In this document: piece after piece, positions 24,618 to 32,000 of the stretch
Numbering within the stretch: position 1 is the stretch's first letter
Layout of the letters: each line of letters starts with the position of its first letter
From: Sporohalobacter salinus
GTDB lineage: Bacteria > Bacillota > Halanaerobiia > Halobacteroidales > Acetohalobiaceae
DNA length: 32,000 nucleotides
NCBI RefSeq assembly: GCF_016908635.1
Contig: NZ_JAFBEG010000002.1
Coordinates: 83,725-115,724 of the forward strand
Direction of reading: 5' to 3'
The notes under the pieces: model-generated
What the model was told of the DNA's origin: nothing
The model's database searches: none
Seen by the model: the letters and a program-made list of their open reading frames with translations, nothing else
Program-made: the position numbers and the translations under genes

Positions 24618-25355
24618 ATGTTAATGTTAGAAGTAAACGAATTATATAAGGCTTATGATGAAGTGGAGATTCTTAAGGGAGTTAATTTTAGTATTGAACA
24701 AGGGGAAACAGTTATTATTATGGGACCTAGTGGTTGTGGTAAATCGACTACTATTCGCTGTATAAATCGTTTGACAGAACCAGACAGCGGTCAAATAATT
24801 TATAAGGGTTGTGATGTATTACAGTTAAGCAAATCCGAGCTTTTAGAAGTAAGGCAAGATATTGGTTTTGTTTTTCAAAATTTTCATTTGATAGATCGAT
24901 TAACAGTCTTTGATAATATCATGTTAGGTTTGTTCAAACAACAAGGACTATCGTTAGCTGAAAAAAAAGAGTTTGTTAGAGAGAGTCTAAAGCAAGTTCA
25001 ACTTAGTGAATTTAGTAATAGATATCCGCAAGATTTAAGTGGAGGTCAAAAGCAACGGGTAGCAATGGCTAGAGCTTTAGCTTTAAAGCCTGATTTGATG
25101 CTTTTAGATGAACCAACTGCTTCTTTAGATCCAATTTTAGTTAGAGAAGTTTTAGAGGTGTTGGAATCAATAACTACTAATCAGAATAGAACATTATTGA
25201 TTGTAACGCATGAAATAGATTTTGCTTATCGAGTAGCTGATAGAATTCTTTTGATGGATAATGGAAAGATAGTAGAAGAAGGGGCTCCAAAGAAGATTTT
25301 TGAGAATCCAAATTCAAAACTAGGTAAGAAATATAATAATTTGTTTAGAAGGTAA
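24618..25355 (+). CDS. ABC transporter ATP-binding protein, polar-amino-acid (GlnQ/HisP)-like sequence type
   Basis: 245 aa. Walker A GPSGCGKST, RCINRLTEPDSGQI, Q-loop FQNFHL, signature LSGGQKQRVAMARAL, Walker B LMLLDEPTASLDP and H-loop VTHEIDFA. Confidence 0.9.
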   Translation: MLMLEVNELYKAYDEVEILKGVNFSIEQGETVIIMGPSGCGKSTTIRCINRLTEPDSGQIIYKGCDVLQLSKSELLEVRQDIGFVFQNFHLIDRLTVFDNIMLGLFKQQGLSLAEKKEFVRESLKQVQLSEFSNRYPQDLSGGQKQRVAMARALALKPDLMLLDEPTASLDPILVREVLEVLESITTNQNRTLLIVTHEIDFAYRVADRILLMDNGKIVEEGAPKKIFENPNSKLGKKYNNLFRR

Positions 25356-25433
25356 TAAATTTTATAGAAAAAGTTGAAGGATATAGACAGTTTTTTATGG
25401 AAATAGTTAAAAGTCGGGAGGAAGGAGGTAATT

Positions 25434-26276
25434 ATGCGCACAGGTTCTGAGCAGCAGACAATTCAACAAGAATTTACTTATACAGGAATTGGTTTGCATA
25501 CAGGAAGTCAGGAAATAAATATGACTTGTAAGCCTTTAGCTGTTAATAGTGGTATTAGACTTAAAAGAGTTGATCTTCAATCTGAGCCGGAGATAGAAGC
25601 TACAGTCGATAATATAGTATCTACTAAACGGTCTACTTCTCTAGGAACTGAAGAGTGGCAGATAAGTACTGTTGAACACTTATTGGCTGCCTTAAATGTA
25701 TTAGGAATTGATAATCTTTTAATTGAACTTGATGCTGGTGAAGTGCCGGTAACTGATGGTAGCTCTAAGGTTTTTACAGAACTATTACAGAACGCCGGTA
25801 TAAAAAAGCAGAATGAAAAACGTGAAATTTATACTATTGAAGAAGCAGTTTGGGTTAGAGAAGAAGATACCTATTTAGTAGTTTTGCCTTATCCAGAGTT
25901 TAAGATTACTTATACTTTTGTTTCTAATCATCCGGCAGTAGGGAATCAATTTGGAGAGTTTACTATAGATAAGGATACTTTTGTTCATAAGATAGCTCCT
26001 AGTCGGACCTTTGGTTTTGCTAGTGAACTAGAAGCTTTGCAAAAGGAGGGGTTAGCTTTAGGAGGAAGTTTAGAGAATGCAGTTTTAATTGGGGAAAATG
26101 AAATTATTAATAATTTAAGGTTTAAGGATGAGATAGTGCGACATAAGATTTTAGATATAATTGGTGATATGGCTTTAATTAAGCCTTTTAAAGGACATAT
26201 TGTTGCGGTTCGTTCTGGACATGCTTTAAATAGAAAATTAGCTAGAAAAATTAAGCGGCAGGTGATGCCTTATTAA
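25434..26276 (+). CDS. lpxC: UDP-3-O-acyl-N-acetylglucosamine deacetylase
   Basis: 280 aa. QQTIQQEFTYTGIGLHTGS..., STVEHLLAALNVLGIDNL, PVTDGSS, RTFGF, HKILDIIGD and GHALN are LpxC hallmarks. Strong SD GGAGG. Confidence 0.95.
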   Translation: MRTGSEQQTIQQEFTYTGIGLHTGSQEINMTCKPLAVNSGIRLKRVDLQSEPEIEATVDNIVSTKRSTSLGTEEWQISTVEHLLAALNVLGIDNLLIELDAGEVPVTDGSSKVFTELLQNAGIKKQNEKREIYTIEEAVWVREEDTYLVVLPYPEFKITYTFVSNHPAVGNQFGEFTIDKDTFVHKIAPSRTFGFASELEALQKEGLALGGSLENAVLIGENEIINNLRFKDEIVRHKILDIIGDMALIKPFKGHIVAVRSGHALNRKLARKIKRQVMPY

Positions 26277-26300
26277 AAGTATATAGAAGGAGGATTAGGA

Positions 26301-26732
26301 ATGTTAGATATAAATGAGATTAAGGATATTTTACCACATCGTTATCCTTTTTTATTAATCGATAGGATTTTAGAATTTGAAGAAAAGGAAAGAGTTGTAG
26401 GTTTGAAGAATGTAACAGTCAACGAAGAGTTTTTCAATGGTCATTATCCTGGCCATCCAGTGATGCCTGGAGTATTAATTGTTGAGTCTATGGCTCAAGT
26501 AGGTGGTTTTGTTATGATGGATAGTAGTGACGAGGATAGGGAACAGCTTTCCTATTTTGCAGGGATTGACAAGGCTAGATTTAGAAAACCGGTTGTACCT
26601 GGTGACCAATTGAAGATTGAAGCTGAAGTTTTAAAATTAAGGGGAAGAATTGGGAAAATATCAGCTACAGCATCAGTCGATGGAGATGTTGCAGCTGAAG
26701 CTGAACTAATGTTTGCTATGCAAGATAAGTAA
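26301..26732 (+). CDS. fabZ: 3-hydroxyacyl-ACP dehydratase
   Basis: 143 aa. [14 protein letters not shown]...[26 protein letters not shown]...[17 protein letters not shown] is the canonical FabZ pattern. Confidence 0.97.
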   Translation: MLDINEIKDILPHRYPFLLIDRILEFEEKERVVGLKNVTVNEEFFNGHYPGHPVMPGVLIVESMAQVGGFVMMDSSDEDREQLSYFAGIDKARFRKPVVPGDQLKIEAEVLKLRGRIGKISATASVDGDVAAEAELMFAMQDK

Positions 26733-26781
26733 TGAAAGTTATTTTTATTAGTGAGGAGTAATGATGGGAGGATAATAAATA

Positions 26782-27594
26782 ATGAAAGAAGTTAATAAGC
26801 AAAGCAATGTTCTTCACATATCTGAGGTGCATGAAACAGCAATTGTTAAATCGGGAGCTAAGATAGGGAAAGATGTAGAAATTGGTCCTTACAGTATCAT
26901 TGGAGAGAATGTTAAGATTGGTGAAGGTACAAAAATAGGTTCTCATGTAGTGATAGATGGCTGGACTGAGATTGGAAAGAATAATGAAATCTTTACCGGG
27001 GCTTCTATTGGGATGGAACCGCAGGATTTAAAATTTGATGGGGAAAAAAGTTTTTTAGCAATTGGAGACAATAATACAATTCGTGAGTATGCAACTATTC
27101 ATCGAGGAACTGAAGAAGGCGGGCTCGAAACAAAGATTGGTAATAATAACTTGATTATGGCCTACTGTCATGTGGCTCATGATTGTAAATTAGGTAATAA
27201 TATAAGGATGGCTAATGCCACTAATTTAGCTGGTCATGTGATAGTTGAAGATTCAGCAGTGATTTCAGGTTTAGTAGGTGTTCACCAATTTGTTAGAATT
27301 GGTAGAATGGCAATGGTAGGAGCTAATTCTAAAGTAGTTAAAGATATTCCGCCTTATATTTTAGTTGATGGTCATCCGGCGGCTGTTAGTGGAATAAATG
27401 TAGTTGGGTTAAGAAGAAATGGTGTCGAGCCGGAGTTGAGGAAAGAAATCAAACAAGCATATAAATATCTATATCGGTCAAGTCTAAACATTTCACAGGC
27501 AGTTGAGAAGATGGATCAAGAATTAGATAGCAGTCCTGAAATTGAGCATTTCTTACGATTCTTGCGTAATGCCCAGCGTGGAATTTGCAGATAG
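26782..27594 (+). CDS. lpxA: Acyl-ACP--UDP-N-acetylglucosamine O-acyltransferase
   Basis: 270 aa. Hexapeptide beta-helix, IREYATIHRGT, CHVAHDCKLGN, NLAGHV, and a C-terminal helical domain (GLRRNG...IKQAYKYLYRS). Confidence 0.95.
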   Translation: MKEVNKQSNVLHISEVHETAIVKSGAKIGKDVEIGPYSIIGENVKIGEGTKIGSHVVIDGWTEIGKNNEIFTGASIGMEPQDLKFDGEKSFLAIGDNNTIREYATIHRGTEEGGLETKIGNNNLIMAYCHVAHDCKLGNNIRMANATNLAGHVIVEDSAVISGLVGVHQFVRIGRMAMVGANSKVVKDIPPYILVDGHPAAVSGINVVGLRRNGVEPELRKEIKQAYKYLYRSSLNISQAVEKMDQELDSSPEIEHFLRFLRNAQRGICR

Positions 27595-27613
27595 ATTTTT
27601 TAGGAGGATAAGA

Positions 27614-28414
27614 ATGAATAAAGTAGGACTGATTGCCGGTAACGGGAGATTACCGCTTTATTTTGCTCAGGCGGCTAAGGATAGAAATGACGAAGTAGTG
27701 GCTATTAGTGTGACTGAGCAGGCTTTGGTTAATGAGTTAGATTCAATTGTAGATGAAAGTTATGAAATAAGTGTTGGAAAGTTGGATAAATTAATAAATA
27801 AACTGCAAGCGGCAGAAGTTGAAGAAGTGGTAATGGTAGGTAAAGTAAATAAAGATTTAATGTTTACTTTGGAATTTGATGAAAGAATGACTAAATTATT
27901 AATGAATTTGGATGAAAAAAATGATGATACCATTCTGTTGGCTTTAGTTGAGGAATTAGAAAAAGCTGGAATAGAGGTTAAAAAACAGACAACTTATTTA
28001 GAAGATTTACTGTCGCAGTCTGGAACTTTGACTGAAAGTGAGCCGTCTGCAGATATAATTAGTGATATGGAGTTTGGATTTAAGATGGCTAAAGGAATTG
28101 GCGGTCTGGATATTGGTCAGACAGTTGTAGTTAAGGATAGGGCTGTAATAGCAGTAGAAGCTATTGAGGGAACTGATCAAGCTATTTTACGTAGTGGTCA
28201 ATTAGCTGATGGAGTAGTAGCAGCTAAAGTTAGCAAACCAGAGCAGGACTTTAGGTTTGATATTCCTACTGTTGGGAAAAATACAATTAAGAACTTAATT
28301 GAGGTTGGAGCTTCAGGACTTGTGATTGAAGCTAAAAAGACTTTTATTTTAGATCGTAAGGAAGTATGTCAGTTAGCAGATAGAGCAGGAATTCCGATTG
28401 TAGCAATGAGGTGA
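27614..28414 (+). CDS. lpxI: UDP-2,3-diacylglucosamine diphosphatase, LpxI type (DUF1009)
   Basis: The start is placed at ATG 27614 (SD TAGGAGG 7 nt upstream) rather than the track start 27542, which overlaps lpxA. Motifs: GLIAGNGRLPL..., GGLDIGQTVVVKDRAVIAVEAIEGTDQAI, AKVSKPEQDFRFDIPTVG. It lies between lpxA and lpxB. Confidence 0.85.
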   Translation: MNKVGLIAGNGRLPLYFAQAAKDRNDEVVAISVTEQALVNELDSIVDESYEISVGKLDKLINKLQAAEVEEVVMVGKVNKDLMFTLEFDERMTKLLMNLDEKNDDTILLALVEELEKAGIEVKKQTTYLEDLLSQSGTLTESEPSADIISDMEFGFKMAKGIGGLDIGQTVVVKDRAVIAVEAIEGTDQAILRSGQLADGVVAAKVSKPEQDFRFDIPTVGKNTIKNLIEVGASGLVIEAKKTFILDRKEVCQLADRAGIPIVAMR

Positions 28415-28418
28415 AAAG

Positions 28419-29567
28419 ATGGCAACGGTGTTAGTAGTAGCTGGAGAAGCTTCTGGAGATCTACATGCTGCTCATGTGATTAAAGAGATGAAGAAATTAC
28501 ATTCTGAATTAAATTTTATTGGTCTTGGTGGGGATAAGATGGCTGAGGCCGGGGTTGATATTATCTTTGATCCTACAGAGTTAAGTACTATTGGCTTTGT
28601 AGAGGCGTTAAAACATTTAAGATTGATGTATAAAGTACTGAATCAATTAGAAGAAGTAATTAAAGAATATAAGCCGGATGTAGCTTTGTTAGTTGATTAT
28701 TCTGGTTTTAATTTAAAAGTAGCTAAATTAACTAATAAATATGAAGTTCCTACAGTAAATTATTTTGCTCCTTCAGCCTGGGTTTGGGGTAAGTGGCGGG
28801 CAAAAAAGATGGCTCGTCGTCAGGCTAAGATTGCTTCAGTCTTTCCTATGGAAGCGGAAGTTTATCGTGAAGCTGGAGCAGAAGTTAATTTTGTTGGCCA
28901 TCCTTTATTGGATATAGTTGAGCCTGAATTAACTTCAGAGGAGTTAGCCTGTAGGTTGAATATAAATTCTGATTCGGAAGTAATTGGGATTTTACCTGGT
29001 AGTAGAAAACAGGAAATTGAGAAATTGTTGCCGTCTATGTTAGAAGCGGCTGAAATAATAGCAGCTAAGCGAAAGAAAGTAGAATTTGTTTTGCCGGTAG
29101 CTGAAACAGTCTCTCAACAATTAGTTGAAAGGATAATTAATAATTATCAAGTGGAGATTAAATTAATTTCTGGTTATTCTTATGCTGTTATGGAATTAGC
29201 TCGGCTTCTACTGGTAACTTCTGGAACTGCTACTTTAGAAGCAGCCTGTCTAAATACACCTATGGTTATCACTTATCGAACTTCTCTACTTACCTGGTGG
29301 CTAGGAAAATTATTAGTTAAGATTCCCTATGTTGGATTACCAAATATTATTATGGATAGAGAAGTAGTGCCAGAGCAGCTTCAAGAAGATGTTAGCGGAG
29401 ATAAGATTGCTAAATCTAGTTTAGAGATATTGAATTCAGATAATTATTATCAACAGATTAAGCAAGATTTGTCTCAGGTAGTGACTAAGTTAGGGAATGA
29501 AGGAGCAACTCAGCGGGTAGCTCAGATGGTATTAAAAACTGGAGGAGTGACTATAGATTGGAATTAG
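28419..29567 (+). CDS. lpxB: Lipid-A-disaccharide synthase
   Basis: 382 aa. VAGEASGDLHAAHVIKEM..., GLGGDKM, PGSRKQEI and SGTATLEAA are LpxB hallmarks. Confidence 0.95.
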   Translation: MATVLVVAGEASGDLHAAHVIKEMKKLHSELNFIGLGGDKMAEAGVDIIFDPTELSTIGFVEALKHLRLMYKVLNQLEEVIKEYKPDVALLVDYSGFNLKVAKLTNKYEVPTVNYFAPSAWVWGKWRAKKMARRQAKIASVFPMEAEVYREAGAEVNFVGHPLLDIVEPELTSEELACRLNINSDSEVIGILPGSRKQEIEKLLPSMLEAAEIIAAKRKKVEFVLPVAETVSQQLVERIINNYQVEIKLISGYSYAVMELARLLLVTSGTATLEAACLNTPMVITYRTSLLTWWLGKLLVKIPYVGLPNIIMDREVVPEQLQEDVSGDKIAKSSLEILNSDNYYQQIKQDLSQVVTKLGNEGATQRVAQMVLKTGGVTIDWN

Positions 29568-31294
29568 TTAAACGAATATTGACTTATGTTAAACCTTATC
29601 GGAAACGATTAGTAGCAGCAGTTGCATCAATGATTCTCCATTCCCTGTTAACAATCCTCTTTATTAAAGGTTTCCAAGATTTAATTGATACTATGATCAA
29701 CAATATTTCTAATAGCGGCGAAGGATTTATTAAGTTAAGCTGGGTAGCAGCAGGGATTGTTGTTGTTTATTTCTTTAAGGGAGTTGCTTATTATGGACAG
29801 AAATATTTGACTTCTTATGTAGCCCAGCGGGCAATTATGGATATTAGAAATGATCTTTACCGTCATTTACAGGATCTTTCTTTGAGTTTCTATGATGAGA
29901 TGAAGACAGGACAGATTATGTCGAGAGTAACAAATGATGTAGGTAAATTACAGAGTGCTATTGTTTCGGGAGCAATTAGCATTTTTTATAAAGCCTTTAC
30001 TTTAATTGCCGGGCTTGGTTATTTATTTTATTTAAGTTGGCAGCTTTCACTTGCGGTATTGTTTATCTTTCCACCGGTAACCTATGTATTCATTAAGTAT
30101 AATCGCCGAATAAGAAAAGTAAGCCGCAGGGTGCAAGCCAGAATAGCAGATGTTACTGATATTTTGCAGGAAACGATTACCGGTGTTAGAATAGTTAAGT
30201 CCTTTACTCAGGAAGATTATGAGTATGATAAATTTAGTCAAGAAAATCATGCTAACTTTCGGGCTAATATGAAAAATACACAGTTAAGTGCTAGCTTAAC
30301 ACCAATTGTAGAGATTTTAGCTTCTTTTGTTTTTACTTTTGTTTTATGGTATGGAGGCTACCAGGTGATGAAGGGACAAATGACACCTGGAGAATTACTT
30401 GCTTTCTTTACATTGTTGATTACTATTTCTGGTCCAATTAAATCCCTTAGTAAGTTATCAAGTACTATTCAGAAAGCTTTAGCAGCAGCAGATAGAATCT
30501 TTGAGATTATAGATTTAGAGGTTGAGATTAAGGAGAAGGAAGATGCTATTAAGCTTGAAAAAACTGAGGGTAAAGTGGAGTTTAAGGATGTTTGGTTTAG
30601 TTATAATGAAGAAGAGATGGTCTTAAAAGATATTAATTTAACAGCAAATCCAGGTGAAGTGGTAGCTTTAGTTGGCCCTAGTGGAGCTGGGAAGTCGACT
30701 TTAGTCGATTTAATTCCGAGATTTTATGAGCCCCAGAGCGGAGAGGTATTATTAGATGGATATAATATTGAAGATTTGACTATTAAATCACTACGTAGCA
30801 AGATAGGGATTGTTCCCCAAGATAATATTCTCTTTGGCGGAACTATCGGGGATAATATTGCTTACGGTGATTTAGATAAAGAACAAGAAGAGATTATTAC
30901 AGCAGCTAAAGCAGCTAATGCTCATGACTTTATTATGGAATTTCCTAATGGCTATGATACTAAAATTGGTGAGCGAGGAACCGGATTATCCGGTGGGCAG
31001 CGTCAACGAGTTTCTATTGCTCGAGCTATCTTGAATGATCCTAAGATATTGATTCTTGATGAGGCTACTTCTGATCTCGATACTGAATCAGAAGCCTTAG
31101 TTCAGGAAGCTTTAGATAGATTAATGGAGGAGAGAACGACTTTTGTTATTGCTCATAGGTTGTCCACTATTCTAAATGCTGACAAGATAGTAGTTTTAGA
31201 TGAAGGGGAGATTGTAGAGCAAGGCACACATGAAGAATTATTATCCCAACAAGGTTTATATAGCCATCTTTATGAAATGCAGTTTAATGATTAG
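29558..31294 (+). CDS. msbA: Lipid A/LPS flippase-type ABC exporter (fused TMD-NBD), MsbA-like
   Basis: 578 aa. Six-TM exporter domain plus an NBD (GPSGAGKST, LSGGQRQRVSIARA, ILILDEATSDLD). The TTG start overlaps the lpxB stop by 10 nt. It sits in the lipid A operon. Confidence 0.85.
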   Translation: MELVKRILTYVKPYRKRLVAAVASMILHSLLTILFIKGFQDLIDTMINNISNSGEGFIKLSWVAAGIVVVYFFKGVAYYGQKYLTSYVAQRAIMDIRNDLYRHLQDLSLSFYDEMKTGQIMSRVTNDVGKLQSAIVSGAISIFYKAFTLIAGLGYLFYLSWQLSLAVLFIFPPVTYVFIKYNRRIRKVSRRVQARIADVTDILQETITGVRIVKSFTQEDYEYDKFSQENHANFRANMKNTQLSASLTPIVEILASFVFTFVLWYGGYQVMKGQMTPGELLAFFTLLITISGPIKSLSKLSSTIQKALAAADRIFEIIDLEVEIKEKEDAIKLEKTEGKVEFKDVWFSYNEEEMVLKDINLTANPGEVVALVGPSGAGKSTLVDLIPRFYEPQSGEVLLDGYNIEDLTIKSLRSKIGIVPQDNILFGGTIGDNIAYGDLDKEQEEIITAAKAANAHDFIMEFPNGYDTKIGERGTGLSGGQRQRVSIARAILNDPKILILDEATSDLDTESEALVQEALDRLMEERTTFVIAHRLSTILNADKIVVLDEGEIVEQGTHEELLSQQGLYSHLYEMQFND

Positions 31295-31312
31295 ATCACT
31301 GGAGGATTTGGA

Positions 31313-31960
31313 ATGAAGCGGATTAAGACCTATTTGATTTATCTAGTAGCTTTAATTTTAGTAACGGTGACTAATTTGACTTTGCGTCTACAGGTTACTG
31401 GTGAAAAAAAGGTTAAAAGATTAAAACAGCAAGGAAAGAATTTAATCTTTGCTTTCTGGCATGGTAAAATGCTAGTTCCTATTTATTATCTACGCCATCG
31501 TGGTTATTATGGTTTAGCTAGCCGTAGTAGAGATGGTGAGTATATCAGTAGAGTCTTAAAGAAGCTAGGTTGGAATGTAGTTCGCGGCTCTACTTCTCGT
31601 GGAAGTGTACGAGCATTGTTGAAGTTAATTAAGGTCTTAAAGCAGGGGGAAGATGTTGCTATTACACCTGATGGTCCGCGTGGTCCGCGGCATACCACTA
31701 AAGCTGGTGCTGTTTATTTAGCTAAAAAGAGCAGTGATAGTTTAATTATTCCAATAGGAGTAGCCTTTACTAACAAGAAGGTAATTAACAGCTGGGATCG
31801 ATTTAATCTTCCATATCCATTTACGAAAGGAAGCCTATTTTTTGGAGATCCAATTGAAGTAAGTAGTGATGCTGATGAAGACCAGATAGAAACTAAACGT
31901 AAGCAAGTAGATAATGCATTGAAGACTGCTTTTAAGAAGGCAGAACAATCATTAAATTAA
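31313..31960 (+). CDS. DUF374-domain protein (lysophospholipid-acyltransferase-like, typically Kdo-transferase-associated)
   Basis: 215 aa with an N-terminal TM. FAFWHGKML...SRSRDGEYISRVLKKLGWNVVRGSTSRGS...ITPDGPRGP matches the DUF374 pattern as I recall it. Confidence 0.75.
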   Translation: MKRIKTYLIYLVALILVTVTNLTLRLQVTGEKKVKRLKQQGKNLIFAFWHGKMLVPIYYLRHRGYYGLASRSRDGEYISRVLKKLGWNVVRGSTSRGSVRALLKLIKVLKQGEDVAITPDGPRGPRHTTKAGAVYLAKKSSDSLIIPIGVAFTNKKVINSWDRFNLPYPFTKGSLFFGDPIEVSSDADEDQIETKRKQVDNALKTAFKKAEQSLN

Positions 31961-31976
31961 TAGGGTGGCTATTAAT

Positions 31977-32000
31977 ATGAATCGAAGCCTAGAAGAATAT
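31977..32000 (+). CDS. 5' end (8 codons) of an unidentified downstream CDS
   Basis: ATG 31977 lies 8 nt after GGGTGG. Only MNRSLEEY is visible, which is too short to identify. Confidence 0.2.

Noticed and set aside
24618-25355. Assigning the ATPase as LptB, MlaF, LolD or FtsE.
   Set aside because: The diagnostic stretches (RCINRLTEPDSG, DEPTASLDP) resemble GlnQ/HisP-type importer ATPases more than any of those. The partner protein matches none of LptF/G, MlaE or LolC/E in size or layout.
25398-25451. 17-codon ORF (ATG 25398) overlapping the lpxC start out of frame.
   Set aside because: It has no SD, and it overlaps the strong SD and start of lpxC. It is most likely chance.
27542-27613. N-terminal extension of the lpxI ORF (MSISYDSCVMPSVEFADRFFRRIR...) overlapping lpxA by 53 nt.
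   Set aside because: There is no SD, and the extension has no LpxI-like sequence. ATG 27614 has a perfect SD (TAGGAGG) and begins the conserved GLIAGNG motif region.
688-31698. Ten short minus-strand ORFs of 60-81 aa from the six-frame track (688-870, 3469-3654, 14877-15098, 17645-17827, 20067-20312, 20660-20851, 25226-25441, 26716-26946, 30047-30250, 31507-31698).
   Set aside because: Almost all are embedded antisense to strongly supported plus-strand genes. They have low-complexity or hydrophobic compositions typical of antisense frames in AT-rich DNA. I noticed no convincing SD and recognised no motifs.
1-32000. CRISPR arrays, transposases or integrases, long inverted or direct repeats, and tRNA/rRNA genes.
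   Set aside because: I saw none while reading the window. Intergenic regions are short (at most about 165 nt) and are accounted for by SDs, terminators and putative promoters.

Overview
AT-rich window with about 30 tightly packed genes, all on the + strand. I saw no mobile elements, CRISPR arrays, rRNA/tRNA genes or obvious pseudogenes. The content matches the outer-membrane (OM) gene supercluster of a diderm, endospore-lineage Firmicute. Halanaerobiales-like is my best guess and Negativicutes is the alternative; that call is an inference from gene content, AT-richness and several very acidic proteins. Gene order: atpC, a YueI-like gene, murA, then sporulation genes spoIID, a spoIIQ-like LytM gene and spoIIID. 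Next come flagellar rod and L/P-ring genes flgF-flgG-flgA-flgH-flgI-flgJ, then a secreted S55 (SpoIVB-family) peptidase. OM biogenesis follows: tamB, bamA and three tandem skp/ompH paralogs. Lipid A genes come last: lpxD, a three-gene insertion, lpxC-fabZ-lpxA-lpxI-lpxB-msbA, a DUF374 gene, and the first 8 codons of another CDS. The three-gene insertion holds a small predicted OM beta-barrel, a giant 823-aa membrane protein and an ABC ATPase. The most interesting candidate is this uncharacterised ABC module at 22113-25355. It pairs a 1+3-TM protein carrying a roughly 645-aa coiled-coil-rich extracytoplasmic domain with a polar-amino-acid-type ATPase. Together with an unknown 219-aa OMP it splits the otherwise conserved skp-lpxD-(lpxC)-fabZ-lpxA block. 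Other notable points: the S55 peptidase has its Ser and His lobes in the opposite order to SpoIVB. One Skp paralog is expanded to 392 aa, and two Skp paralogs have lipoboxes, whereas the L-ring protein FlgH has no cysteine at all. spoIID probably uses a non-canonical start codon. tamB contains a G8 homopolymer. All assignments rest on reading the translated ORFs and motifs by eye; no database search was run.
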